A stretch of DNA of 25,184 bases from Candidatus Latescibacterota bacterium (GCA_038279365.1 JAYODI010000082.1:523-25706), one strand, 5' to 3'; shown: positions 1-10,019, counted from the stretch's first letter. Made by a program: numbers and translations. The notes: generated by a model from the sequence alone, not told the origin.

Positions 1-27
1 AATACCGAAGTTTCCACCATCTGTCAA
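1..27 (-). promoter_or_regulatory. Candidate sigma70 promoter for a gene beyond the left edge
   Basis: Minus strand TTGACA (27-22), 17-nt spacer, then TATT truncated by the window end. Confidence 0.45.
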
Positions 28-203
28 GCCTTAGAAACCCGAACAATCCATGCTACACACAAATCATATATAAAACAACCACTTAAACCACAAAAGCACA
101 AATAGAACCAGCAAAGATCCGTTACCAAAACGCAACCCGACACATTTTCACCCAATTTTTAGGTCTACCTCTTCACACGTGCCTCAATGCGCACTATCTT
201 CTT

Positions 204-857
204 CTACCGTGCGGCCCAATGAATCCCTCTGCGCTGAATTTCCTTTGCTTCAGGAACCTCGAAATCAACGGCTTTATGCCCCAAAGAAGAATAAAACACA
301 CGGCCTTCGCCCCACATCCGCTTCCAAACAACAGGCATCACACACCCAGCAACCCAAGGCGCATGTTCCCCGCTAAACGTGGTCGTCACCAGCACCTCAT
401 TCGACGGATCAACGTGAAGATAATATTGCTCTGAGTGCATTTTAAAATCACCCAAGCCAGCAACAATCGGATCATCCTTTTTTTCAGGAACAATATTCAC
501 TTCATAGTCAATGATACCACCAGGGTGAGAGACCCAGTTTGCCCCTGTCATCCACTGATAGGTCGTATTGTTTCGAAACGCATCACACATGCCACCATGC
601 CAACCTGCCAACCCAACACCTTCTTTAATGGCTTTTAACAAACCCTGCTCTTGCTCTTTTTCTATCGTACCCATAGTCCAACACGGCACCACAACACTCA
701 ACTGAGACATGTAATCTTCGTCTTTATACACATCCATTGAATCATGTATATCCACTTCAAAACCATCACTTTCCAAAATGGGTGCAAAAACTTCTACACA
801 CTCTTTGGGTTCATGGCCTGCCCAACCGCCCCAAACCATCAATGCCTTTTTGCCCAT
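204..857 (-). CDS. ThuA-like domain protein (class I glutamine amidotransferase-like fold)
   Basis: 217 aa; N-terminal [23 protein letters not shown] and [12 protein letters not shown] motifs typical of the ThuA family; AAGGAG SD upstream. Confidence 0.85.
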   Translation of the reverse strand: MGKKALMVWGGWAGHEPKECVEVFAPILESDGFEVDIHDSMDVYKDEDYMSQLSVVVPCWTMGTIEKEQEQGLLKAIKEGVGLAGWHGGMCDAFRNNTTYQWMTGANWVSHPGGIIDYEVNIVPEKKDDPIVAGLGDFKMHSEQYYLHVDPSNEVLVTTTFSGEHAPWVAGCVMPVVWKRMWGEGRVFYSSLGHKAVDFEVPEAKEIQRRGIHWAAR

Positions 858-985
858 GATTGCTCCTTTAATTCAGAAACTTACTTTGTTATTCAATATC
901 ATGATGTTCTCAACACATTCAGTATAAAGACGCGGAAACCTCGCCCTTACCTGTCACAATTTTGACTCACCCAAAGACCAATTGT

Positions 986-1738
986 CTACTTGTTGCCTTC
1001 GGCAAAGCCGTTGGAAACCATATAGGCATAACTTTTTTCAACAGCTTCCATCATATCGGTGGCACAACGATCCAATTCAACAATCCACCAATCGACATGG
1101 CTGCCCACATTCACAAGGCTTTGAAAATCGGTTACACCTTCACCCAGTGCTTGCATATCTGCTTCGCGTGTGCAGGGGCCATCTTTGACATGTATCAGCG
1201 GTGCACGCGCACCCAATTCGGCAATCACGCCAGCGGGATCAGGCCCAGCCGTTTGCACCCAATAGGCATCAATTTGAAAGAAAATATCATCATCCAAAAA
1301 TTCTTGCATTGTCTTATAAACCAACTGACCGTCCACTTCCAAAAATTCCCACCAATGGTTGTGGATCCCAAATGTCATACCGTGTTCTTTTACAAATGCA
1401 GACGCCTCATTAAACTTTTCACATGATGCCTGTATTTGATCGCGTGAACCAAATTGATCGCGCCCCAAACCGGCTACCCAACGCGTAATGCCCAATGCCT
1501 GAGCATTTTCCAAAGCCTCTTGTTTTTTGTCACCCACAGGCAATGGCAAATGTGCGCTCGTTACTTCTAACCCCAAATCATCATACAGCTTTTTGGCACC
1601 TTGGGCCGTTGTACCCGGAAAACCTGCGGGTTCAACACCTTTAAATCCAATCGCTGCCACCTTTTTCACAACCCCAGCATAATCTTTTGCAGCGGCTTCT
1701 CTGAGTGTATACAATTGTAATCCGATTGGTGCAGCCAT
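986..1738 (-). CDS. Sugar phosphate isomerase/epimerase (xylose isomerase-like TIM barrel)
   Basis: IGLQLYTLR start, HNHWWEF, QIDAYW, IHVKD and IVELD metal motifs. Start moved to ATG 1738, which follows a GAAAGGA SD. Confidence 0.88.
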   Translation of the reverse strand: MAAPIGLQLYTLREAAAKDYAGVVKKVAAIGFKGVEPAGFPGTTAQGAKKLYDDLGLEVTSAHLPLPVGDKKQEALENAQALGITRWVAGLGRDQFGSRDQIQASCEKFNEASAFVKEHGMTFGIHNHWWEFLEVDGQLVYKTMQEFLDDDIFFQIDAYWVQTAGPDPAGVIAELGARAPLIHVKDGPCTREADMQALGEGVTDFQSLVNVGSHVDWWIVELDRCATDMMEAVEKSYAYMVSNGFAEGNK

Positions 1739-1789
1739 AACACATCCTTTCTCATAAACGATCTCATAAAATTCACACAAGCGCCTTAT

Positions 1790-1819
1790 AGTCTACCATA
1801 AATCTACCTCATGGGGCAA
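1790..1819 (-). promoter_or_regulatory. Candidate sigma70 promoter for the isomerase gene
   Basis: TTGCCC-18 nt-TAGACT, with TGG directly before the -10 (extended -10-like). Confidence 0.4.
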
Positions 1820-1857
1820 GTATAATCCACACACCCCCTAAAAAACAGGCAATCGCA

Positions 1858-2877
1858 TCACAGCATTCCAAATCGTTCTCTTAAAACCACCGTTTGGCCA
1901 GACATGGCAGACTCATACCCAGCCTGAACAATGGCCAAACTACGCCGTTCACTTGCCCCATCCGTAGGCCCATAAGCACCCGACACATAATCGACAAAAG
2001 CCCCCATCTCCAATGCATACTCCGACAAGGCCAGCTCAGGATAAGCAACCTCATATGGGTCACCATCAATAGGAAAAACGTGACATCCATCGACAGTCGC
2101 ACGCACACTGCCCAAATCACCGTGCAACGTGTAGCCCCCCAATGGCCCACTTAAACGTGCCTCGCACGTTTGCAATATCGACACCTGATACCCTGCCACC
2201 ATCGTTAAAATACCCGTCATCGTACCTTCAAGATCGGGTCGCGCAAAGGATGCCGTATGGTGTTCGCGCATATAAACCGCTTCGACCTCGCCCAAAACAT
2301 AACGCAACTGAGCCATGCTATGAATACCATGCAACATCCAGGTGCCCGTGCCTCCAGCCTGTGGCAAAGTCAACCAGGCACGTCTGCCAGGATAACCAAA
2401 GTTTTTGGCGCGAAAACCACCCGCAAAAGATGCCGCAACCATATGTCCAATATACTTGCCTGATTGTACGATATGGCGCAAAAATTTCGACATGGGCGTA
2501 TAGACGGCACTTTCGGCCACATACAAACGCACCCCATTTTTTTCAGCAGCAGCCATCATCCGATTGGCTTCTTTTACTGTGCGAGCCATCGGCTTTTCAA
2601 CCAACACATGCTTGCCAGCTTCGGCTGCCGCCACAGCCTGAGCACAATGCAAATGATGTGGCGTACAAATATCTACCGCATCCACATTGGCATCATTTAA
2701 AACCGCTTCAAAATCTGTATGAACCTTTTGAATACCAAATTCTGTTGCCTTCTCTTTTACAAAAGCTTTATCATTGTCTACCAAACAAACCACTTCAATC
2801 TTTTCGCCTAACTCTCGAATGGCCTCAACATGGCGCGACCCTGCCCATCCACATCCAACAATGGCCAACTTCAACAT
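1858..2877 (-). CDS. Gfo/Idh/MocA family oxidoreductase
   Basis: AIVGCGWAG Rossmann motif, ICTPHHLH, GKHVLVEKPMA signature. Confidence 0.92.
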   Translation of the reverse strand: MLKLAIVGCGWAGSRHVEAIRELGEKIEVVCLVDNDKAFVKEKATEFGIQKVHTDFEAVLNDANVDAVDICTPHHLHCAQAVAAAEAGKHVLVEKPMARTVKEANRMMAAAEKNGVRLYVAESAVYTPMSKFLRHIVQSGKYIGHMVAASFAGGFRAKNFGYPGRRAWLTLPQAGGTGTWMLHGIHSMAQLRYVLGEVEAVYMREHHTASFARPDLEGTMTGILTMVAGYQVSILQTCEARLSGPLGGYTLHGDLGSVRATVDGCHVFPIDGDPYEVAYPELALSEYALEMGAFVDYVSGAYGPTDGASERRSLAIVQAGYESAMSGQTVVLRERFGML

Positions 2878-2903
2878 GATCGTTTCCTTTCAACGCTTAC
2901 CAT

Positions 2904-3971
2904 CTATAACCACGCATATTCTTTTGTTGAAACACCACGTGCTTCGGCCGTTTTTTTAATATCACCCAAAGTCACATCATTAAGCGGAATACCTTCGCGG
3001 CGATAATTTGCACGGCGAATGGCTTCGGGTTCACCAGGGGCATACAACCGATCCACCCCCGGTGCCTTGCGGCTGTTGTGAATTTGTGCAATGGCTTTGT
3101 CTACGCGCGCTTTAAAAACATCCACCTCTTCAAATGCACCCACACGAATCGCTGCAACAAAATGACCATCTTCACCCGCCTTTGGCCCATCTTCCATATT
3201 GCCCAACTCCGTACCATAACTTGCGCCAGACAACATAGAAGACAAGATGCCCATAATCAAAGCCAAAGAAACCCCTTTAAAAGCCCCCACAGGCAAAAGC
3301 AAACCATCAATCGCCTTGGCCGCATCGGTTGTTGGCACCCCATCTTTATCGGCCGCCCACCCTTCTGGCAATGGCAACCCTTTTTGGTGATACACCCGAA
3401 TCTTACCATGTGCCGTACCGCTAAAGGCCGCATCAAAAATGATCGGCGATTCTTTACCTGCTGGAATAGCAAACCCCAACGGATTAATGCCCAAAATGCG
3501 CTCAGCTCCCCCCCACGGTGCCATTGTGGGCAAGGCATTTGTGGTCGCAATACCAATCATATCATGTGCAAGTGGCATCCGTGCAAAATAGGCCATGGCC
3601 CCACAATGATTGCTCCCGCGTATCCCTGCCGCCGCCATGCCCAAATTTTTGGCACGTTCGATTACCTGTTGCATCGCAAATGAGGTACCAATTTGCCCCA
3701 TTGTATTGTCACCATCCACCACCAAACACGCCCCTTCATCTTTTATTACCTTTGGGCGACCTTTGGGGTTCACCCCATCCACCGTCAGCTTCTTGGCATA
3801 TTCTGGCACACGCAACACGCCGTGTGAATGCACACCACTCAAATCGGCATCGACCAAAGAATCGGCCAGCAAATGTGCATCATCGGTTGCCATCTCACAG
3901 GTTTCAAAAATTGCTTGCGACAAAGTCAACAACTCTTGGGCATTGACCCGTGTTTCACCTGCCACTTCCAT
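2904..3971 (-). CDS. Ldh_2 family (malate/L-lactate/L-sulfolactate dehydrogenase-like) oxidoreductase
   Basis: ADLSGVHSHG, VDGDNTMGQ, SNHCGAM, LGINPL, FKGVSL and APGE motifs. ATG 3971 follows GGAG (alternative GTG at 3977). Confidence 0.92.
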   Translation of the reverse strand: MEVAGETRVNAQELLTLSQAIFETCEMATDDAHLLADSLVDADLSGVHSHGVLRVPEYAKKLTVDGVNPKGRPKVIKDEGACLVVDGDNTMGQIGTSFAMQQVIERAKNLGMAAAGIRGSNHCGAMAYFARMPLAHDMIGIATTNALPTMAPWGGAERILGINPLGFAIPAGKESPIIFDAAFSGTAHGKIRVYHQKGLPLPEGWAADKDGVPTTDAAKAIDGLLLPVGAFKGVSLALIMGILSSMLSGASYGTELGNMEDGPKAGEDGHFVAAIRVGAFEEVDVFKARVDKAIAQIHNSRKAPGVDRLYAPGEPEAIRRANYRREGIPLNDVTLGDIKKTAEARGVSTKEYAWL

Positions 3972-3973
3972 AA

Positions 3974-4813
3974 TCACTCCTTGTCATCTGTTGTCAATTC
4001 TTCAACAATTTTATCTACCGTATTGCGGTGTCGCTTGGGCATACCGTTTCTATCTATCGGCAACCGATCACCAATATAGGTTTCAAAATCCACAGCATCT
4101 GCGGCCAACACGGCATCTTTTCCCAATGCCAATTCTTTTTGCAATCGTTCCCGCACAGCACCCAAATAACCCACTTGCCATCGCAACCAATCTTGCACAC
4201 GCTCTTTGCCATGCAAGGCTTCACCATGCCCTGGAACAAGAACCTCAATATCCAACCCCATCAAGTGGTGCAACGACTGCTCCAAAATACGACTGTCACC
4301 ATCGCCAATGGCCGCCACAATACCCGTCACCACCGAATCGCCTGAAAACAACACCTTGTCTTCAACCACATAAATCGACACCCCATCTACACTGTGCCCC
4401 GGTGACGGAAACAACCACACGGTTTTACCGCCCAAATCAATCCACAATTCATCGCAATATGTTACCGTAGGCCACGGCATTTCTGATCGAATCTTTTCTT
4501 CTGACACATCGCGTTTGGCAAGAGCTTGGGGCACCTGCCGCGCCATCACACCAGGTGTTAAATGATGTGCAAACACATCGCCCCCCTTAAGCGGATTGCC
4601 TCCCCAAATATGATCGCCATGCCCATGCGTTAATGCCAACCGGTTGGGTGCAAAACCTTTTTCTCGAATAAAATTGGCCATCGCCTGGCCTTCATCTTCA
4701 TAGTTGCAGCAATCAATGGCCAATGCCGCACGTTCTCCAATCACAATCCCATTTTTGCCATCCACAAAGCGACTCGCCACGCTAAACACACCCGGTGCTT
4801 CTTCTGTAAACAT
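3974..4813 (-). CDS. MBL-fold metallo-hydrolase
   Basis: THGHGDH (HxHxDH), PGHS, FSGD, VPGHG; start overlaps the upstream stop (TAATG). Confidence 0.9.
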   Translation of the reverse strand: MFTEEAPGVFSVASRFVDGKNGIVIGERAALAIDCCNYEDEGQAMANFIREKGFAPNRLALTHGHGDHIWGGNPLKGGDVFAHHLTPGVMARQVPQALAKRDVSEEKIRSEMPWPTVTYCDELWIDLGGKTVWLFPSPGHSVDGVSIYVVEDKVLFSGDSVVTGIVAAIGDGDSRILEQSLHHLMGLDIEVLVPGHGEALHGKERVQDWLRWQVGYLGAVRERLQKELALGKDAVLAADAVDFETYIGDRLPIDRNGMPKRHRNTVDKIVEELTTDDKE

Positions 4814-5244
4814 TAGGCCCCCTCACCAAATAGTGCCTTAAACTTGCGTGGCACAGCAACCGTCTTGCGGGCTTGATAATCAAAAAACACAATGCCCGTT
4901 TTTGCCCGCGCCACTTCTCGCCCCGAATCTTTATCCAATAAGCGATAAAAAAAATCGCACCCAACACGCGAAAACTCGGCCACTGTCACATCCACCACCA
5001 TCACCTCACCATAAAAAGCTTCAGACTTATAAACGACCACCGAATCGGCCATAATCACACCCGCGCCATCCACATCCAACTCAGAAAACCCATTGGCCTT
5101 CAAAAATTGTACGCGTGCTTCGTGGATCAACGACAACACCGCATCATTGCCCAAATGCCCACCATAATTGATATCTCCCACACGCAAGGGCATTTCCGTT
5201 GTAAATATAAATTGCTCTGGCAATTCTAATTTTACACGCGCCAT
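4813..5244 (-). CDS. Hot-dog fold acyl-CoA thioesterase (4HBT-like)
   Basis: DINYGGHLGNDAVLSLIHEAR signature; 143 aa. Confidence 0.9.
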   Translation of the reverse strand: MARVKLELPEQFIFTTEMPLRVGDINYGGHLGNDAVLSLIHEARVQFLKANGFSELDVDGAGVIMADSVVVYKSEAFYGEVMVVDVTVAEFSRVGCDFFYRLLDKDSGREVARAKTGIVFFDYQARKTVAVPRKFKALFGEGA

Positions 5245-5321
5245 ATCAAACCCATCTAAAAGTCACTGGTCAAAATCACAATTTTCTCTTCTTCCTTCTT
5301 TAGCCTTTTATCCCCCAAAAA

Positions 5322-6059
5322 TCAATTGCCCCGCACAATATGTCGATCCGAATATTCACCTCGCACAAACCGTTCCATATTCAAATCTCCCGGAATATAA
5401 TGCCAAGCCGTGCTGTAACGCGTGCGATCACTAAAGTTGTCATATGCACCATGCAACAAGTTGGCAGAAAAAATCACCACCGTTCCCGCAGGAATTTCAA
5501 TGTCAACTGCTTGTGATTCATCCACCGTTGTCCAACTGCCATGCATCCCAGCAGTCTTTTGATGATGAACAATTTCCATAGACAAATGGCTACCTGGCAC
5601 CACACGCAAACACCCATTGGATTTATCGGAATCTTCCAAATAGATGCCACAACTTAAAATGCGATCTGAGTTGGTACCAAAATAATAATTGTCTTGATGC
5701 CAATGTGTTGAGGTGCCCCCATTGGGCAGTTTGGGAAAGAACTTGGTTCCAAATACATCAATATTCACACCGACCAAGGCTTCCACACGATCTAAAATCT
5801 CAGGTTCCTTTGCCAAATCCAAAACCCGACCATCCACCACACACACACCTTGCACCTTATGCAAAAACCCCTGAATGGGTTTGCCATTATCATCCAATTC
5901 CAAAGACCAATGAGGTTCTTCCTCTGTTAAATGACGACCTCGTTCAACCAACGCGTCAAAAACCTGCTTGTAATGTGCAAGCTTTTCACCTTGTATCAAG
6001 CGCTCAAAAACCAAATAGCCTTTTTCTTGAAACTGTTTAATTTGTTCATCGGTCAACAT
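5322..6059 (-). CDS. Phytanoyl-CoA dioxygenase (PhyH) family Fe(II)/2OG oxygenase
   Basis: MLTDEQIKQFQEKGYL start, WHQD (HxD), NGCLRVVPGSH, LLHGA, RYS. Start moved to ATG 6059. Confidence 0.9.
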   Translation of the reverse strand: MLTDEQIKQFQEKGYLVFERLIQGEKLAHYKQVFDALVERGRHLTEEEPHWSLELDDNGKPIQGFLHKVQGVCVVDGRVLDLAKEPEILDRVEALVGVNIDVFGTKFFPKLPNGGTSTHWHQDNYYFGTNSDRILSCGIYLEDSDKSNGCLRVVPGSHLSMEIVHHQKTAGMHGSWTTVDESQAVDIEIPAGTVVIFSANLLHGAYDNFSDRTRYSTAWHYIPGDLNMERFVRGEYSDRHIVRGN

Positions 6060-6094
6060 AATAAACCCTTCCACCAATAACAAAGGAGTTGGAA

Positions 6095-6247
6095 ATGGAA
6101 AAAATAAAAATAGTCGAAAAAGGCGTGAGTTTTGGTTCCGCCTTAGCCATTGTCATATCCTATACCACCCACAACTCTATATTGTGGGCCATCATTCACG
6201 GCATCTTGTCTTGGCTTTATGTTATCTATTACATCATTATGCGTTGA
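6095..6247 (+). CDS. Small hydrophobic membrane protein, 50 aa (not in the ORF track)
   Basis: AAAGGAG SD at 6082-6088, ATG 6095, TGA 6245-6247. Translation MEKIKIVEKGVSFGSALAIVISYTTHNSILWAIIHGILSWLYVIYYIIMR has two hydrophobic segments and resembles, from memory, a widespread hypothetical GxSFGSALAxVISY..WAIxHGxLSWxYV family. Confidence 0.8.
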   Translation: MEKIKIVEKGVSFGSALAIVISYTTHNSILWAIIHGILSWLYVIYYIIMR

Positions 6248-6795
6248 ATGTTGCCCGTGCCCAAACCAATAGAATATCCCACGCGAAAGACATCATCAGG
6301 TTTGTCATTGCGCCAAATGAGATCCACTTGTTTGGCCTGCACGGTCAACTCCGTCCAATTATCCTGAAGCTCTGGCAATACAACATCCAAATCTTGGCGC
6401 GAACGCACTTGCCCCACACTTAAATGCGGCGTAAACCCATCTTTGTGTTTGCGTGTGTCATCACAATCGGGCATCACTTTCCAAAGGGCCTCTTGCAAAG
6501 CACAAACAGCCTCTTGCGGTTCGGGTGCCAGCCACAATGTAAAACTGCTTCGACCATGTTGGAAATATTGAATTGTTGAAAATGAAATCTCAAACGCACA
6601 CACGCCCTTGCAAGCCACTGCCAATTGATCTACCACACTTTCAAACTGTGCCTTAGGATAAAAGGGATACAACAGCGTGATATGTGGCATCCAACGCCGC
6701 ACGTTTCGGTCGTATTTTTTGCGAATGGCCTGAATCTGATCCCACTCAGATTGTGGCGGACTGAGCACCACTGCACTTTGATGCACTTTTTCCAT
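6229..6795 (-). CDS. 2H phosphoesterase (2'-5' RNA ligase-like superfamily)
   Basis: Two HxT/S motifs: PHITLLYPF and FTPHLSVGQ. Confidence 0.88.
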   Translation of the reverse strand: MEKVHQSAVVLSPPQSEWDQIQAIRKKYDRNVRRWMPHITLLYPFYPKAQFESVVDQLAVACKGVCAFEISFSTIQYFQHGRSSFTLWLAPEPQEAVCALQEALWKVMPDCDDTRKHKDGFTPHLSVGQVRSRQDLDVVLPELQDNWTELTVQAKQVDLIWRNDKPDDVFRVGYSIGLGTGNIQRIMM

Positions 6796-6825
6796 GACAT
6801 TCCAAACCCAAATATGAATGACGAC

Positions 6826-8883
6826 TTAACCTTTTTTAGCGGAGACCTTCGCAAATACATATCGTTGTGCCTCAGGGATGTGAGCGGCCAATACACCATC
6901 AGACAAACTCACATTCCCCACTCCAGCCAAAACATCCACTTCAAATGTGCCATTCAAAAACATGGGTAATTCAGCGTGCCAAGATTCACGATTGTTCAAC
7001 TCTCGAAAAATGAGCACATACCCCACATCTCTTCCTTCACCCACCGAAGCAAAACCCGTCCAAGACGTGCCATCGGGCGCATCGCCAATAGGATGAATAT
7101 GTCCACCTGCCATTTCATTACGATGCGTTTTCCAAACCCGTGACAACTGGGCCACTTTGGTCACATAGTCATCTGCCAAATTAGACACTTCAAACCAACC
7201 CAAAGGATTGGTCATCATCACAGTTGCAAACAAATAATCGGGTGCATAACAATGGGGAGCCAATGGATCACCTGCATATTTGTCGGTGTTTCGTGCCGAA
7301 TTAAGAAACTCCATCCGCAAACGCATGGGATCAACCCAACGAGACAATTTCCACACATTGCGCAGTGTTTGGTGAGGCCAATATCGATGAAAATCGGTAT
7401 AGCGATTTTCCACAAACAAAGGCCCTACATGCATCATTCCAAAATATCCGGGCCGAATTTCTGCCGTCACATCCAAATCAAACGTCACCTTGCCCTCTGA
7501 GCCTTCCAATACACGGTCAAAAAAGCGCCGCAAATTACGTTCACTCGTTTTGGTACGTGCTTTGACACCATCAATTTTGATATAGTTGACACCCAGCCGA
7601 TTGTGAAAATCCAAAATTGTTTCGGCGTCTTTCTCCCAGTTCTTAAAATCATCTACCGAATCGGGGCCAAACCACAACCCAAATTGCAAACCCTTCTCAC
7701 GTGCCTTTGCAATCACGCCTTCCAAACCATTGGGAAACCGCTCTGGATGTGGGTGCCAAAATTCTGAATCCGATGCCCAAAAACCTTCCCACACCCCCCC
7801 TTCCGACTTTGCCCTTACAGAGTTAGATGTCGTGCCTTTTTCCCAACCATCATCAATTTGCACCACATCCACGTGCATACGCGCCCCAGCGTCCACTTCC
7901 TGAAGCATAAATGCCTCTTGAATGCGACTGTCTTGAGACCGGTCTCCCCAGGTATTGCTCAAAAATTTGCCATCCCGGTCGGCATCATATACTCGTATTT
8001 GACGCTGAAAATCTTGCATCGCTTCCTGACGCCCCACTGCGCCATTTTGATAAGCAATGAGTGTTTGGGCATACCCTTGTGCAACACCTTGCCCCATACC
8101 ATGACCATAAAAGCGAAAAGAACGATCATTTCCGCGCACAAGCACATCAAGCGCACATCCAACTGGGCGTGCATGAGGCAGAGGCGCTTGTTTCATCACA
8201 AGTAAACCATTGCCCGTCAAGTTGTCTTCAATCACAAACACATTGCCCTGCAAACGCAGATTGTTTTCATTCACCAACAACAACCACTCATTTTCAAATA
8301 CCAGCTCATTATGCACATCTGTGCGGTCCATCATACGCACTTGCGTCACCCGCAAATGTTGGGGAACCAATGCAAATGCATCCAACACATCCAAAGTCGG
8401 CGGCCCAGCATTGCGCTTGGCCTTATCCAATAGTTCAACCCCTGTCGGTTCAGCCCCTTCTGCCTCATCAAGAACATCTATATCCAACGCATCGACACCA
8501 TCACCTTCAAGGGTCAAACGCCCAGTAACAGATGCCGACGACGCAAAAATTTCAAATTCATAAACTCGCGTAAGCATTTTGCCTTCTGCCCGCAACCAAA
8601 CACGCAAAGAAGGCTTTGAAACAGGCATGTCGCGATATTCTTGTGCCGAAAACACCAACACATATTCATCATCCGATAAAGCAACAGACGGCATCCAACT
8701 TGCACAATCGATGCGCCCCGACACCCATTCAACATCGGCCACTTTGTCTTTTATAGACACAACATACAAATCACCATCGACAAGTTGATAAGCCCGCTCA
8801 AATAAGGCATTGCCAATCATCAAACTTTCACCATCCCATTGTGCATAACACGATTCAAACGCAACACGATTAGCCAAAGCCAC
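6826..8883 (-). CDS. Alpha-galactosidase-like glycoside hydrolase (GH36/clan D-like)
   Basis: SNTWGD, VQIDDGW, ERFPNGL, FGLWF and YIKIDG (KxD nucleophile) motifs; GTG start. Confidence 0.8.
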   Translation of the reverse strand: MALANRVAFESCYAQWDGESLMIGNALFERAYQLVDGDLYVVSIKDKVADVEWVSGRIDCASWMPSVALSDDEYVLVFSAQEYRDMPVSKPSLRVWLRAEGKMLTRVYEFEIFASSASVTGRLTLEGDGVDALDIDVLDEAEGAEPTGVELLDKAKRNAGPPTLDVLDAFALVPQHLRVTQVRMMDRTDVHNELVFENEWLLLVNENNLRLQGNVFVIEDNLTGNGLLVMKQAPLPHARPVGCALDVLVRGNDRSFRFYGHGMGQGVAQGYAQTLIAYQNGAVGRQEAMQDFQRQIRVYDADRDGKFLSNTWGDRSQDSRIQEAFMLQEVDAGARMHVDVVQIDDGWEKGTTSNSVRAKSEGGVWEGFWASDSEFWHPHPERFPNGLEGVIAKAREKGLQFGLWFGPDSVDDFKNWEKDAETILDFHNRLGVNYIKIDGVKARTKTSERNLRRFFDRVLEGSEGKVTFDLDVTAEIRPGYFGMMHVGPLFVENRYTDFHRYWPHQTLRNVWKLSRWVDPMRLRMEFLNSARNTDKYAGDPLAPHCYAPDYLFATVMMTNPLGWFEVSNLADDYVTKVAQLSRVWKTHRNEMAGGHIHPIGDAPDGTSWTGFASVGEGRDVGYVLIFRELNNRESWHAELPMFLNGTFEVDVLAGVGNVSLSDGVLAAHIPEAQRYVFAKVSAKKG

Positions 8884-8897
8884 CCCTCTCTTTCCAG

Positions 8898-10019
8898 TTA
8901 ATCTAAATTTTCAAAATAGGCCATAAACGCTTTTTGCATCTGCTTTCCCATCAACCGCCAGTCAGCGCCTAACGGTGCTTTGGACAAACCAGCACTCCAA
9001 TTACAATTCAATTCCATAATGCAGGCATCAATGCCATAACGCATCACCAACCCTTCACCAAATGTGCCTGCATTTTTAAAGTCCGATCCTGTGCTGCCTT
9101 CGGTAAACCAAGTATGAGCCATCAACACACGCTCCAATATCTGCATGTGCTTTAAATACGTTTCACAATCGCCCTCTGGCCGACTCACATGAATTTTCCC
9201 TGAACTGTCATTGTGAAAATCTATCGCCAAATGGGGCAAGCAACCACGCTCTTTTTGGCGATCCAACCATTTTTCCAAAGCCACATTTTCAGGGGCCAAA
9301 ACAGGGTCAGCCACTTCACCCCAATCGCGATTTAAGTCTTTTCCCATCATATTAAACCGACTGCCGCCATGTGCCACACCATCTTTGTTGCTCATCGGCA
9401 TGGCATACAAACAAAAGTGGGGCATGTTAACCAGCATCTCGCGGATCAAACCTTCCAACACCCAATTCCCACCCGTTTCCCAAGGATGCGCTCTGGCACG
9501 CAACAACAATCGAAAGGGCGCATCTTCACGACCTACGCGCACCATCTCTAACACACGCCCTTCTACTGTATGTCCTATTTCCTCGATCGCCACATTCCGA
9601 TGCTGTTGAATCTCGGCCAACAAACGCACATGATCACTGATGCGATAAGGTTCGATACGCGCAACATATAAATGCCCCGAAGATGGCAGTGTCACCTTGA
9701 GGTCTAAAAAGTTTTCATCTGTTCGCACACCCTGAATCACCGACCAATCTTTGCCATTTTCAGACACGGCACAAGCTGCACCATTGCGAATAGGACTGCC
9801 CATCCTGCCATTCCAAATATTATCAAAGTTTTTCAAAATCACCCGCACATCACTTTTGGGTGTTCCTTGAAGTTGGAAATGCCAATGCAACACCGCTCTA
9901 TTGGGTGATAAACGCTCTCGATCATAAATCAAAGACACATGGGCGACACCCGAATCATCCAATTCCCATTGAATGGGCGATGCATTTTCAAATCCTGTAA
10001 AAATATAATCCAGTGCCAT
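8898..10019 (-). CDS. M14 family zinc carboxypeptidase-like protein
   Basis: ARAHPWE (HxxE), DLNRDW, IDFH (third Zn ligand), IMEL. Start ATG 10019 lies 7 nt after AGGAG; no signal peptide. Confidence 0.85.
   Translation of the reverse strand: MALDYIFTGFENASPIQWELDDSGVAHVSLIYDRERLSPNRAVLHWHFQLQGTPKSDVRVILKNFDNIWNGRMGSPIRNGAACAVSENGKDWSVIQGVRTDENFLDLKVTLPSSGHLYVARIEPYRISDHVRLLAEIQQHRNVAIEEIGHTVEGRVLEMVRVGREDAPFRLLLRARAHPWETGGNWVLEGLIREMLVNMPHFCLYAMPMSNKDGVAHGGSRFNMMGKDLNRDWGEVADPVLAPENVALEKWLDRQKERGCLPHLAIDFHNDSSGKIHVSRPEGDCETYLKHMQILERVLMAHTWFTEGSTGSDFKNAGTFGEGLVMRYGIDACIMELNCNWSAGLSKAPLGADWRLMGKQMQKAFMAYFENLD

Noticed and set aside
61-86. AT-rich TAAGTGGTTGTTTTATATATGATTT as a dif/att-like recombination site
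   Set aside because: No convincing XerC/XerD arms, no second copy and no recombinase in the window.
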